In this document: positions 1 through 27,700 of the stretch, piece by piece | Numbering within the stretch: the stretch's first letter is position 1 | Layout of the letters: every line of letters begins with the position of its first letter | Origin: Balanoglossus misakiensis | Lineage: Eukaryota; Animalia; Hemichordata | Direction: 5' to 3' | NCBI GenBank assembly: GCA_040954595.2 | Contig: CM082579.2 | Span: 8,917,625 to 8,981,624 of the forward strand | DNA: 64,000 nt | Notes under the pieces: model-generated | Databases searched by the model: none | Seen by the model: the letters and a program-made list of their open reading frames with translations, nothing else | Told to the model about the DNA's origin: nothing | Position numbers and translations under genes: made by a program

Positions 1-229
1 CGATAAGACCCCTTCAGGGGACACTCCTACAATGTGTACTGGAATAATGAAATATTGGCGTTACAAATTGTAAAAAAAATATCATGTGGACAAATTTGTT
101 CTGAATTGCGACGATATTAAACTGTCTGACGTAACCAACAAGGTACTTTTTTATCCGTGTGTTATATTTAATATGGCGTCGAATGGGGGTATCATCTCAT
201 AAAATTAAATAAATCATCGAGACACTCAC

Positions 230-3073
230 CGGTATCCGTAGCTTCTACAAACACGGGGTCGTGGGTGTAGGTCACGCATATTTGCACCCAGTTCTTGCCG
301 GCTTCGTTGACCTCGTCCCAGAAGTCCGGAGTCGCGTACCTGGTGAAATGCGAGTCCACCAAAGCCGTCTTCACCTCAACCGGGTACGAGTCGAAGCCCC
401 GCACCAGAGTCCTCGTCTCGTTGATGTAGTACGGCAGGTCGGCCTGCAACGGGTGTAGACATTGTTGTTCTCAAACTGGCAACATTTACTGTTAGACTGA
501 AGACCTACATGTATATACACCCTTTTCATAAGTCCAGCGCACTCACGCAGCATCGTGAATTTGAATTCAAAGCGAGGCCAATTGGGGAAACACCCTTGAT
601 GTGATTGGTCAACTTTCCCCCATTGGCCTCGCTTTCATGATATAAATCTATGATGGCTGCGTTAGAGCGCTAGACTCATGGAAAGGGTGTATTGGGTTCT
701 TCGTTTCTCGTCAGGTCCTTGCATGAGTAGGTTCCTGAAGGGTGTGTCGAAACCTGACTCTATAGGTATATTTTGCAACGCCTAATCGCAAATAAAAATT
801 ACAAATAATGAGTCTCTTTACTTTAAATGAGGGGAAGAGTGTTAAACAGGTAACGCAACAGTGGTATACTACGAGAAGAATTCTTAACTCGAAAACAAAG
901 TTTGACTTGCTTCCTTGTTTATTCACCAAAAAACTTGATTGTTTTTCTGTTTTCTCACTCCGATGTTGACAGGGAGATTGACCCGAGGGTACCGTCGGTC
1001 GATCGAACACTCGGACTATTGCCCGGCCTGCATAACAACCACGAAGCCAACCGGCACGCAATCGGCTGTTGGCATTACGTGATTTATTCGCCTCCGGCAT
1101 ATTACATTACCATGTTTCTAAAAAACATACCACAGGTTGCAAAATGTCCTCGCTGCAGAGATGTTTCGACATTGGCACCCCACAAAGTGTAGGCAACAGA
1201 TGTTCATTGTCAGATTGAGATCTGTCTTTGAAACATGCGTACCGGTTGAAAAATCATCGAGGAACACTTGTTTTTCACGGAAGGGTAGATTAGAAGGCAA
1301 CTTACTATCAGTAACACTGCTTTGTCATCTAGTTCCACTAAACATCAAAGAAAGTCCAGGAAAACGTTGAATTTTAGTAAATTGCATATGGCCATTTTCT
1401 ATAGAGCAAACTTGTTTTATTTATTTAGACAGCTTGACACATTATACAAAAGACCGTATTTCCTCAAGGAGTACACCATGACGTGCCAGTGTGAACCCAA
1501 TTTAACCCAGCAGTCTAAACGTCAGTTGTTCTCGTCACTTTATTTGTATTAAGTCATGTTTTCATATTTCGGTATGTTTGGAACTTGTGGCGCGGCGAGT
1601 CTAAACAACACTTACAAGTTGACAGCGTCATTAACAATTGGGCGAGAAAGTTACTGATTGTTAAATAAGAAAATACTTGCGTCATGGCTGCCAGCTACGG
1701 CCACAGTCGTTTGGGAGTTGTTACAGGGCGATTGCTCCCATGACTAATAGAAACGTCATTAATAGCAGCAATCACCGTGTAACTTCGAAGCGACCGTGGC
1801 TAATGACTGATTTAATATAACCTGACATGGCATTGGCGGCCAACACATCCAGACGAATGAAGTCGCAGCGTCATACAAGACAATTGCCTGAAAATAATAG
1901 CTGACGAAAAGCCGGATACTGCGTTTTAATTTCAGATATGGATCAGGACACTGTTATGTAAGACATGACCATACCCCGTTGCAAGGACCAAGGACAAACA
2001 TATGAATCCATGACAGAAAACAGACGCCGTACATGATAATAATTTTGATGCATGCAGTTGTAAAATGTGACTATTTAACGATATGACACGAATACATTTA
2101 ACAATCTTGACATCACTATACATTTGTCATTACCCGTCTTCGCAATGACCGATATTATGTATGAGGCTGTAACCCCCGGTGAGGTTGTGACTGGCGCCAT
2201 ATGTCACACCACACCACACCACACATCACCACACCACACCACGCCACACCACACCGAACCACAATACCGCACCACACCATAAAATCATGCATTCCTACTG
2301 TGTTAAACTTATTTAAGCAAAGCGTTGTGATATGAGAACAGACGCTTTGTAGGCGATACCAAAAGGAAATGTCTTACTTCGAATAACACATCAATCTGAT
2401 CATCGGTCAACTCCGATAGATTTCTTGATACGAGGTGGTAATTTTCGCTCGGTAGAGCATTTTCGAAGATGTACTGTGCTTCAGGCCTACTGAACCGAAA
2501 ACGCGACCCAATAACATTCTCGGTGCCGGACTCTCTCGGGTCAGCGATGACAGATTGTAACCAGTGTCGCTTCGGTTCACGGGTAGAAATGTAATTCTTG
2601 ACATAGTCGAACTGGTCTCTTGGCAGGCCTGCAGAATCTATGAAAGGGAATATTTTAGGGAACGATGTAGTTTATACAGTATTTTGATTTAGATTCGGAT
2701 CATCGAAGAACAGTTTACTATGATTCAGAATATCACAATTTTTTTCAAAAGGGGGGGGGGGTGTTACTGGTGAGATTACAGGACAATAAAAAGGAGGGAA
2801 TCTCTTGCCTTGTTTTTCTTGTGTTTAAACCCGAAATGGAGAAAACAAGTCGTTGTTTTTTTTCTCGAAAAAGACAAAACAAATATTTGCCACATTCGGG
2901 TGCAGCGAACAGAAGAGTCAGCGGAAACTGACAGAAGTATCACGGATTACACGCAACCATTGCAAAGCAATCTGCGCACAAGGAAGTAAAATGATTTTGA
3001 CTAGCTCACCTGCGCAAGTCCTTTGTAGGCTGCCAGAAAAGAGAGCCAAGAGGAAAACGCTGGCTCGGAGCAT
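230..3073 (-). CDS. Signal-peptide protein with N-terminal phage/T4-type (GH24) lysozyme-like domain, paralogue A; 5' part only, continues off the left edge
   Basis: Exons 3073-3010 (MLRASVFLLALFSGSLQRTCA, phase 1), 2637(or 2628)-2378 (SAGLPRDQFDYVKNYISTREPKRHW...VIGSRFRFSRPEAQYIFENALPSENYHLVSRNLSELTDDQIDVLFE, phase 0) and 443-230 (ADLPYYINETRTLVRGFDSYPVEVKTALVDSHF...WVQIC, phase 1). All junctions are GT-AG with compatible phases. Clearly homologous to exons 7488-7732 and 8059-8305. Confidence 0.8.
515..692. mobile_element. Small fold-back MITE-like element in an intron
   Basis: Terminal inverted repeat ATACACCCTTT (515) / AAAGGGTGTAT (682-692) and inner IR AAAGCGAGGCCAAT (569-582) / ATTGGCCTCGCTTT (622-635). 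Confidence 0.7.
2206..2279. repeat. Imperfect (CACAC)n microsatellite
   Basis: Visible pentamer run cacaccacaccacacc... Confidence 0.9.
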
Positions 3074-5190
3074 CCCCGCAAAGAAACGAATATCGCAGCA
3101 AACACGTAACGGAGAGAGGCGTCACGCGAATTTTCGGAAATTCGGACTACTTTCGGATCAAATCGTCGATCGGTATAGGAACGGTGTGACGCAGGTGTCT
3201 TTTAGTCCCACCCCGGTAATTTATGACCACTGTTGACGGACTGATAAACTAACGCCAAAGCCCGACCCGGAAGAAAAGATTGAAGTTGTTCCGACTTGCT
3301 CGATCAGGTGAACTTTGGATTGTCAGTAACATTGACGCCCCTCAAGGTGTACATGTACGACAATGTGCCCATTATCTTTGGAGTTGCGTCAAAGTCAGAT
3401 AATGCCACTGCTCACAGTATTTGTATAAGTGCTGCCGTGTGATTCACTTTAGAGTCGTTGCCAGAGCGATAGTTTTATTCCCTTTGTGTGATGTAGGGTG
3501 GTCTGGAATTGGCCGGGCTGACTCAAGGGGAGAGTGCGTAAACTGAGCTTTAACTTTTGGGTGTTTTTCTCAAAACAGTTTTTGATCCGTCAAGCAACAC
3601 CCATAATCACGTTGAAATGGCCAGCGCGTGTATTTGGCTCATCGTGGGCGAGGCGAACGGCCGGACCAGTGACGGGGCGTGCCGCGTCTCCGGGCTACCC
3701 CCGGCGGGACCCAGCTCAAGTACCCGCCGAGTGTGATTTGTTTTCCACAAGAAGCGTTTTCATCGTACAGAGATGATGTACACAGCAGAAGTTTTACGAG
3801 GAGTAGAATGTGCATTTGGCAGCACCATCAATGTCTGTCTCCAAAGGGTTGGAATATTTTCAATGTAACAATGCCTGGCTTTCAAAGCTCTTCACGTTTA
3901 ATGTGCTGTGCAGTGCTCGAGGAGGCCGCGTTGATGAATTTCCACAAGTGAAACTCTCATTTTTCACAAAGCGCGTCAAACTCGACACACTATACTTGTA
4001 GAAGCTTAGCCTGCGGCCTTTAGAACGACCGACCAGTTTGAACTTTGGAGAACTCGGTTAGCGGGTTCAACGCGGTCGTTCGTCGATATGCGCGCTGTTC
4101 AACTGAATTACTGAGTCAGATATGTTAAAATTCGTGCTGATTTATATGCGGCTTTGTGAGTTCAAAGCTGACCAGTATATACCGTGCATGGTCTTGAAAC
4201 CGAAGCTTGAACTAAAAAGTGATGAGTTCGACGACAATATGGCGGCCATGCCGAGCTTTGTTCATAACTTCCAACGTCTCGATCATACACAGCCGATCGA
4301 GCTGTCTCATAACATCTGAAATTAAGTCAAAATAAGAAGAACAGAGAACAGCATGCAACATGGTTGTGGCGAAAAAACTGTTGGCGGGAAAATTACAAAT
4401 AACAACGGTCAAATTTCTCTATGAATAGAGAGCAAATTTGACAACTGAAGCCACTTTGTTAAAAAATGAATTTCAAAATTATTTTGAAGTAAATGCATGC
4501 AACAGGTAAAAGCTTACTGCACCAAAAATTAAGACAATGCCCTCACGACGTATCTCTAAGCTCACAACTGCGCGGGGCCTTCATCGTCGATGATTGATAC
4601 TTTTGATACACGATATCGGAGCTATAGTGCGTGACCTTAATGGACGAACGAGATAAATAAACTATCGGATGTCTTTAATGCTGGCGGCCACTGCATGTGG
4701 AGAGAGACCTCAGGCGAACCCATCTACTGTATGTCTATGCCTCGTTTCATCAAAGACAAATCCATACGCGAAGGGATGTTGAGAACAGTCCAAAGTCTGG
4801 AGAAAATTATACCCACTGCCAATAATCAATGCACATAGAGTGAAACTGCTCTGGCCCCACGCATGATTTTCGTCAACGAATCTGTCGGATTACTGACGCC
4901 TCCATCATAGTGTGTGGGGCTGTGTGTCTTGACCCTGGGCTCGGGTTACTTATATTATTTTCGTGTAAGCACTCTTGACTTTTGGGTTCTGTTGTTACAA
5001 GGGAGAAAACGTTTTTTTTTTAAATCTCCACTGGAACAGTCGCCCACGGTCAGGGCTCGTCACTGGCCAATCCCTGCTTGAAGCGTGATAGAGTTCCACG
5101 CCAATCAGTGATCCGTAGTTTTATAGCGTCGGGTTTCAGACGACAGTCCTTGCTGATAATGCATCCTGCATGTTGTTGCTTTAAAAAATA

Positions 5191-19032
<13,842 letters not shown>

Positions 19033-19643
19033 TACTTGGCTGTCAGCTACTCCTGAATGCATTATTATAGTACATTTACTGTGAAGATCTCATTTGGTGT
19101 AGTGAGCAACTTTTCGAAGCGTCATGCAGTTAGGGTTTTGTAGTGACGTAGTGCAGGCATCGTTGTAAGAACTTAGAGTGGACAGACAAACGTTAAGTCA
19201 ATGAGTTTATCTGCCAGTTCGAGTTAAGTGTGGTAGACTATAGTGTATAGAATTAATACATTATTAAAACAACAACTTGCTAGTGACAATGTTCTAGACG
19301 TGAGTAGAATTTTAAGATGTGGTACGTGTAGATTCACCTAATGCCAGCAGGTCGTCGTTTTAGCCTCATTATGACGAAAAATTCCGAACAGCTGTATATA
19401 CGCTGTGATATATTTGTGAGTCTGCATCTATAACGCTTATTGTTTGGAGGGGTGACTTGTATTTTCGTTCCGTCAATAATGCTCTCCGCGCGAAAGGGTG
19501 TTTTCTGTCAACTTGCGTCTGTGTTGAATGAATTACATTCATTCAAAGTCAATCGCTTGATGGCGCAGTCACTCTTCAACACGATATCCCAGTTGCAAAA
19601 CCGTTCTCGCGCATTAGGCCTCCCAAACATGTGACGAACATGG

Positions 19644-22343
19644 TTATAAAAATCCTGTCAAGTCACGTTCTATCGCCCCCGCGCGGAGGAGTTTCAGCAT
19701 GTGCTGTCGTTCTGATTTCCAGTCATGTCCGGCCAGGAACGACGACGACTGAGCTCGCCTTCGAATGGAATAGTAGTGGAACGGATAGCCGGCATGCTGC
19801 CCGAAGCCCGCTACGTCCACGTGGTCGCAGTAGTGGAGGGCGAACGTAAGAGCTATCATCCCGATGGACGGTTTCAACTGTAAACGAGAGACAGAGGCAG
19901 AGATGGAGAGTGGGAGAAGGGAAAGAGGGGTGGTTATCAGTGTAGACTATTAAGAGGCGGGAACCACCAACTGATGAATATTGTAATATGACAACATATC
20001 ATTTTGGCAAGCTGCATGACTTATTAGTTTTTTAGGTATCTTTCCAGAACAAAAATGCCTTGATTCAATTCAACACTTCATCGTCGATGATACCAGCAGC
20101 AATTTTTGGTCTTATTTTATCGTTGCCACATTCATTGGCGAAATATAACTAAACCACAATTTGAATAACGATTCGACAATGAACGATTTAGCGGACATAC
20201 CGGAATGTCTAAGTGTTCCTTTCGGGCGATTGTGAAGATGTGCGGGTGAAGTAACCTGACCCGTTCCCCCGACACGAACCTCTTTGGCACTTTCTTCCAA
20301 TATCTGTTTTCTTGTATGGGCGGGACTCGGCCAGACTGACAAAAACAACAGAACTTAATGACATCAGTACGATCCCCGAATGTTTGAATACATTTACATG
20401 TACATGTAAAGGCGCCTACAGTGCTTATTTGACATTGTTCTGAAAAAAAGAGCATCGAGTTGATTAAGGTAAATCTTGAACGTGCATGTGCTGGTACCGG
20501 TTTCAGTCATATGTCCTTTATCATATTATAATTTAGGATTCTAATTTAATTGATTTTTAACTCCGCACAAGTATTAAAGGACACTGCGACGAATGTATAT
20601 TTCAATCTTACCTTGTTCAGTACGGCATTCAGCCAATCATAATCGGCCTCCTTGTACACGACGAATATGACGTCGGAATCGGATTCGTATTCCCTGACTT
20701 CCGTTAACGCCGATTCTGGATAGAGAAATCGAAATGACGTTTTGGAGCCCACATCGAGGCTAAAATGACGAGTCGGCGCATTGTTCATTCTGTAGTAAAT
20801 AATCATACGTATAGGTCAAGGTTACTGTCACAGTCATTGTGTAATAAACCTGGGGCATCATTTTGATTGGTCGGGAAGCACAATTATGCGTATTATGCGT
20901 GACAATGACTGACCTGATCACTATGTCGTAGCTATCTATCACTCCGCCCAGCCTTTGACCCCTTAGCACACCGGAACTTCCCACAACAACGCACTTTTTA
21001 CAACCAGTTCTGTCGATAAACAACATATTCCGATATTCAGTCATCAACAGGTGATGTAATTGCCAGATAAGTATACCGAGTAACGTCAAACTATGCATCC
21101 TACCCGAATCGATCTGGTTTCTCCACGTTTGGTAGCAGGTCCAGTATGTTATCTAACACACCCAATCCTGACGAAGAAATTGGTCAGAAAATCGCATGTT
21201 ACTCGCAGACCAGATTGGGTTTTCAGCATGGGACGGGTATAGGTTTTCATGTTCACGTTTGCGACATTTCTCTAATTTTGCATCTGCAACCATATAGCAA
21301 GAGCGATGGCCCTTCCTCATCCGGCTATCTAAATCGCTGAAGACAAAGTCTAAGTTTTTTGTATTTCAATAAAGTGCGTGAAAGATATAGAAACCGCCCA
21401 GCCGAATGAATTTGACAGTGACATTGCCTCTGCGTGACAGACCCCTGTCTCTTGACAGCACTCATGAACCAGCCGTCTGTACGCGAGTTTTGGCAAAGAC
21501 GTTCTGGTCCACCAGTCGACGTTTGTGAACTGCATGATTGCTGTTACACTACTTACCGTTGTCATCAACTTCTAAAACCTTCATTATAGAGAAAAGTGCC
21601 TCGTTCCTTTCAGCCTTGAAGTTGTGTGTGACGAACAATGTTTCGTTGGGATTGAAACTGAAATCGTAAAAGTTCGATACAACATGTAGTCATTTACAAT
21701 TTTAGTCTGTTCGCCGATCCACTGCACGACTTGAGCTTGGGGGAGGAGGGCTCGGCGAGAGGGGGGGGGGGCTTTTCTACAGAGTCAAACAATGCACCCA
21801 GTAAATGTTCTTTTAGACATAACAGATCTAATGTACTATGCACAACTCCCTTTAACGGTATAATGTAAGATTTGTCACTTACTCCCCCGAAAAACGCCGC
21901 CTGTCGTAAGATCCATATACTTACGATGGAATAACTTGACGAACTCTTTGGTGTAAATAGTTCTTCCGACAGATTCTCAGCTTCTTCTTTTGGTCTTCTT
22001 CTCTAAAATATCGATAAGCACGAGAAATATATTCTTCAAATTGAATATCGTGCGCTATGCAAAGAAGAAATGCCAAACGTTCCCTTCCCCTACTAGGAAA
22101 CCCCACTCTCTCTGCCACTGAAGGTATGAACCAAATTGCAATTTGTGGGGGGGGGGATACTCACCCTGATAATCCCCTCCTCATTTTAAATACGAACGTC
22201 TCGCTGTCAGCTATGATCGCAGCTATTTTCCGATAAACCACATCTTCTTCTTGCATCCAAATAACCAAATAACAGAGCAGGACAAAGGTGACACAGAGCA
22301 GTGCGTGTATTTTGAATTGACGTCTCCTAAACCGCGCCCTCAT
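19644..22343 (-). CDS. GT29 sialyltransferase, ST3Gal (beta-galactoside alpha-2,3) type, type II Golgi membrane protein
   Basis: N-terminal MRARFRRRQFKIHALLCVTFVLLCYLVIW (basic tail + TM; 22343-22165); stem exons ~22092-21924, ~21657-21557, ~21167-21104; L motif CKKCVVVGSSGVLRGQRLGGVIDSYDIVIR/MNNAPT....DVGSKT (21009-20914, 20789-20612); exon 20335-20201; last exon 19877-19644 with S motif PSIGMIALTFALHYCDHVDVAGF, motif III HYY, VS motif HDWKSE and C-terminus DLTGFL. The exon 1/2 junction is uncertain. Confidence 0.92.
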
Positions 22344-24179
22344 GTTATCATATCGAAAATCCACGTTTTTTTGTGAGATTAGATACAGGACAATAAAGTG
22401 TTAAGGTACACTGCATTGGCAAGGTGCCGTTTGTGTTTTTTTACACAGCCCCTTCCTTGAATTCCTTCAAACGTGAGAAACGCACGTGTACGTCAGTCTT
22501 TAGCAAGTTAACGCTCGAATACATATTATACAGGGTGACCTTCGTGATTGGCCACGTTATGTTCGTATTCTGCTGGGGTCCAAAGTACACAGCATTCGAC
22601 GAAACAGCGTCCCAAATCAAACGTCATATCTGGGTAACCTTGTGTAGATATATATGCTAAACTGTGCACCTTGGTGCTGTGAGTGTAGCTGGCGTTGTCG
22701 CCACATATACCAGCCTATTTTCCGGTATGGTATTCAGCAGTGCGGCTGGTCGTCTGAAAATCACCAATTGTCCACTGTATCACAATCCTAGGTGTGCAAC
22801 AGGGTATAGATAACTTCTTCTGACTTGCGTTTTTAAAATTGAAGACGATCCATATGGTCTAGTAGTAGTGTAGTAACGTAGCAGCTGTTATAAGAGAGAT
22901 TGCAATGGTCGCCCTCAGCAGGGAAGTATATGCCCTCCAGAGTTTCAGTGTTCAAATGCCCACGTCCACATGGTCCACATACACATATCCGTCGCCTCGC
23001 CTCCAGGTGATCAACGACGGGTAGGGTTCTATATGCTCTCACTTGTGTCTACCGCGACGGGTCTGTCGTAGTTCACGCCTGGTCTATCAACTCGAATTGT
23101 ATGATGGGTAATGTCACCTGGACTTTGTCATCATGTGGCATTGTCGCCACGGCACTCAATGTTAAATGTCGCTCGACATTCTCGCAGTGGTTATCAAGAA
23201 GCCAATATCCTCCTTGTCTTCAATGTACATGTAAGAAGTAAATCTCGCCCCTTGCTCGTTACGTTTAATGTTTAACCCCATGTCGATAGGAAACTGGTTT
23301 TACCAACACGTTAGCTGTGTCATTATTTACCAGAAGGCATTGCATTTTATCAATTAATATTCATAACCGAGTGCCACGTGACAATTAAAAAAGTTGTGAG
23401 ACTTTCAAAATAAGTTAAACATGACAACTTAGATTGTGTTGAGAGCGCATGCGTGTAAAAGTCCACATGTACGAAGAATGGGGTCGTGGGAGCCATTCCA
23501 TGCCTTCCCGTGTTTTTCTCCAGTAGATCACTACACACCAATATATCAAGACAAACAACCAGCTGCCGCTAAAAAGTGCGTGCTGCCAAGTAGTTACCAA
23601 GAGATTTACTAGTAAAGCGATCACACGTCGTTTTCAGTGGTCCATGATGTTTCTAGGTTAGCAAAAGTGGGCCGTGTTGAATGAACCTTGGTGTGTAAAA
23701 TGTGCCACCATCGATTGTAGTTGCTGTCATTCTCATTTTCAACACCACCACTACCGCACCAGCGCCACCGACTTTCGGAGTCAAATATATAGTTAGAATT
23801 AAATTAATCCGTCAATATCCTGTGGATGATAAACAGTTTTAGTCACGTGCATAGGCCTACAGACGTAGGAGTAGCCAACAAAAATCCTCACTGTGCCAAA
23901 GTTAACACTTTTGAACAAAAAACGCGAGTCATGTCATCGAACTTAAAGGCCTTCTAAATATCCACGCTGGGTTTAATAAAACTGCCGCCTTGTGATTTAC
24001 AGTGTTAGGCACTTGTTTTCTTCGTTGTAGTCACATTGTGGTCGCCCACGCAAACCTACACGTTCGCTTATCTGTAGCTTTTGGCAGCTCACCCATAAAT
24101 TTCAAGTAACTGTGCCAAAGTGCGCTGTGAATCACCAACGAGGCGGCGCTTACAATCAACAGCCGACCACAGGGCCCGC

Positions 24180-24526
24180 TAAGGTAGTATTCGCCTCGGG
24201 ACAGATTTTCAGAGAAATGGTAGTCCTCCAAACATTTCAATTCTTTGCCATATTATAGAGTGGGGAGAGTCTTTTTGAAAGTAAAGAAGATAATAGGATG
24301 TTCACTACCTTATATTTCTTCATCGAGTTAACACTGGGATGGCGGCCATTTTGATTTTCAAATTTTATTGGAGACAATTTCGCTCTCTCCATCAATATTT
24401 TGCACGGTGACCCCCCCCCCCCCCGATTTCTAGTCTAAATTTTAAGGGAGAATAATCTAAAGTTGTCGTGAGCAAAATACGAGAAAAAGTTTAAGATTTT
24501 GATTTTCGAGGGTCATTCTACTTTAA
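24180..24526. mobile_element. Degraded TTAA-flanked non-autonomous DNA transposon (Kolobok-like MITE)
   Basis: Left end TAAGGTAGTATTCGCCTCG pairs imperfectly with right end CGAGGGTCATTCTACTTTAA; a related end (AAGGTAGAATGCGCCTCGAAA) recurs at ~9344. Confidence 0.5.
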
Positions 24527-24726
24527 ACGCAGAGACCTAGAATGTGTGAATGTCAACCGGATCATACAGATGCGTCATCAGACAGTTTGCAAATGATGAG
24601 GGTCGGTTCGCCGGGCGAAGCCAGGGTGATAAATTCACCCACTCAGTGTCCAGCAAATCAACTTTTGAGACCAGACCATCCATCTTTACAGCCACTTCCC
24701 GCGAGGACAATCGCCCGAAGACAACC

Positions 24727-27700
24727 ATGGCTCTGCGGCTGACCTCGCTTCTAATCTTCTTCAGTCTGCAACTTTTTGACGCCGTGCTAGGTACGTTGTC
24801 ATCACCCATTTCATCATTGCGTTTATTTGACGTGATATGTAACATTAACACCGATGTTCATATAAGAAATTGAGATTTTTGCGAAGTTAAGAGAGATTTT
24901 TTTTTACTCAAAAAGTCGGCTTGCAGAAGTAACGCATAACTGGACATTGACGTCGGAAGATCCCAACATTTATTGTGTCCAAATCAGTCTAGACGCCTTT
25001 CCAGAAAAGATTCTTCACTCATATTTTATACATTTTAAAGGTGAAAGGGAACGTTTCAAGTTTAAAAAAAATGGCTGTTGTTGTTTTCTAAGCCGTGCAC
25101 CAGCCAAACTTTCTGGATATTTTTCGCACCGTCGACGTCATTGCCTATTTCATAACATTTATCCCTATCGTTCAACCTCAGCTTAGCATTGCGAGTAAAA
25201 GTAACATCCATTTAGAAGTAACTTTTCACATTGTCTGTTTACTAGAGAATTGGCTGCATTGTCGAAATACATTGAGAATTGTTAACCGATACTGCTGTTT
25301 TCATGACCGAGTCAACTGAAAATCAGTGTTTGAATAAAATCCAGCTGTCGCCGCATTTCACTTTGAGATATACATGTAATACTAGTACCTCCGTCGTGAT
25401 AGTATGAATTTCAAAACATTCCGTGAAAAAAATGCTGATCCAGCACATTTGCTAGCCAAGGCAAGCCACGCGTATGTTTTGTCAGACACGGGCTTTCCCC
25501 CACTAACCACAGACAAGGAGGGGAGATTTTGTTTCTCCTAGTCTGATTCATCAACATCAGAGTGACTGTATACAATTGGCCGATAGGTCGCTTGGAGGTC
25601 TTGAGATTGGCCAGGCGACGATAGGGACCGGGGCCAGGCGCAGGTCGTGAATGGTATTAACATCATTCGGTCGGACGAGCGTAATGGGAACTTAACATTA
25701 ATGTAACCATGGCGAGTCAGATAACCTCACGCACACAGCAGCTGAATTAGCAGTAGTACCTCAGCGAAAATCGAGAGCAAAAAGTACAATGGCGTGTCAA
25801 ACGCTGTCGTAAAAGTTGGGCATTAAAAAGTTACAGTGTATACCCGCGATATCATTGGGGCACTTGTGCAGTAAAAAGGAACGATAAAACATACTTCGGT
25901 GCACTAAAAATTAGATTAGTGATGCTATTTATAACTTATGTACTTTGTATTTGGCCATGCTACGGGATTCTAACGTCCCTGAAAATGGTATTCATACTTA
26001 CTGTCCAAACACGATGACACGATCCTGATGATGTTAATGACCATTCCACCCACTTTGGCGAGCGTAAGACAATCAGATAAGTCTTCAGAAATAATGAGTG
26101 TTAACATCACGTGCACCAGATCATACGCGGTGAAGACGGTTTTGGCCAAATTCACTTTCAAACAAGTTGGTTATTAAATTAGCGTATACTGCTTGGTATT
26201 TTCTTGACATTTACCACCATATCAAGCGAATGTAACTTAGTAAAATTGGCCAAGAACGTCCATTTGCAGAATTAGCTCGAATTTCCCCCCAAATGATTAC
26301 GTGTATATAAACGAATAAAGGCATAAACTTAGTGGATTTTCATCAATGTGCCGTGTTAATTTTGATTCAGTGCAGAGACTGAACGGTGTGAAAATGGCTC
26401 ACGTCGTGACTTTTGTATCTTCCAGCGTCGGAGTGCTACTACGATCCCAAGGCCGCCGACTACCACGGGACCGTGTCTCGAACCGTGAGTGGCAGAACGT
26501 GCCAGAAGTGGACGTGGCAATTCCCGCACCGTCACAGCAGGACCAAGGGGAACTACCCGGACTCCTATGTGGGAGACCACAACTACTGCAGGAACCCCGA
26601 TGACTGGGAAACGGCCTGGTGTTACACCACAGACCCGCTTCAGCGATGGGAAGCCTGCGATGTCGGGGAGCCAGAGGAAAATTGCTACTGTGAGTGCGTT
26701 ACTACGTATACTTCTCATATTTGCTCTTCTACCTGTACGTGTATATTAACTGCCTGCGCTGAATTCGTGTCATTTGAAACTGCAACGGCTCATTAATTTC
26801 TTGATATGGCTGTAGCATTAATGATCAGTATTATTTTAGAACGTAAAACATCTAAGTTAGTAAGCTGAGTTTGGGGAAGTTAAGTCCGGCTGATTTTAAC
26901 ATATGTGCTATAGCTTTGAGTTCGATTATCATTCACGATATTGTCTAGGCTTCAAGGCTTCCATTTTTTGGCATATATCACTACATTGCTGAGCTGATTT
27001 GTATTTCAAATCGTTGACTCCAACTGCTAGCAGAGACTGTGACATCGACGATTACTTGAGAATCATTGAACGGCCAATGGGAAATCGAGTTACCAAGCAA
27101 GATGGAGCGTTGTAATTACTATTTAGGGGTCACGGATAAACACAAAAAGGACGTCTCTTTTTGGCATCAACCAAAGAAAAAATACCCACAGAAAAATAAA
27201 CACCAAGAGAAATGCTGACAAACACTGGTAAACAAAAGTCTCTTCTGTTTTTGAAAATCCGGGCAAGTAATTTACGAGGACCACATGTACTGAACAACCC
27301 TTGAATCACGGATACCAGAATGCGCACTTGTGAAATACAAACAAGTATACCATTCAATAGATACACAGGATCATAGCAAGCTGGTCAAACTTCATTAATA
27401 TCACCTTGGGTGCTGAGTTTCGCGAACTCTCTCGCCAGAAAAGTCAGGGTTGTGAACTTGACATTGGGGGCAAGAAAACAAATACATGTAATCTCGTTTC
27501 CGAATGTGAATACCCTTGAGTAAAATTCTGTCGGTTGGCATGCCGAGGTTTACATTTTACCCGCTGATACGCCTCACGTATCGTCAGTTGAATGGACAAT
27601 ATAATACCCATGTATTAAACCTCACAACTTTATCTCCCAAGTTTAGGAAAATCGAAATCGGACTTGCAGAAGTGATAGTTAATTTGGAGTTCAAACCTGT

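Noticed and set aside
3240-4700. Short ORFs and a possible transposon between the divergent genes
   Set aside because: No recognisable protein motif, and I could not pair convincing terminal repeats.
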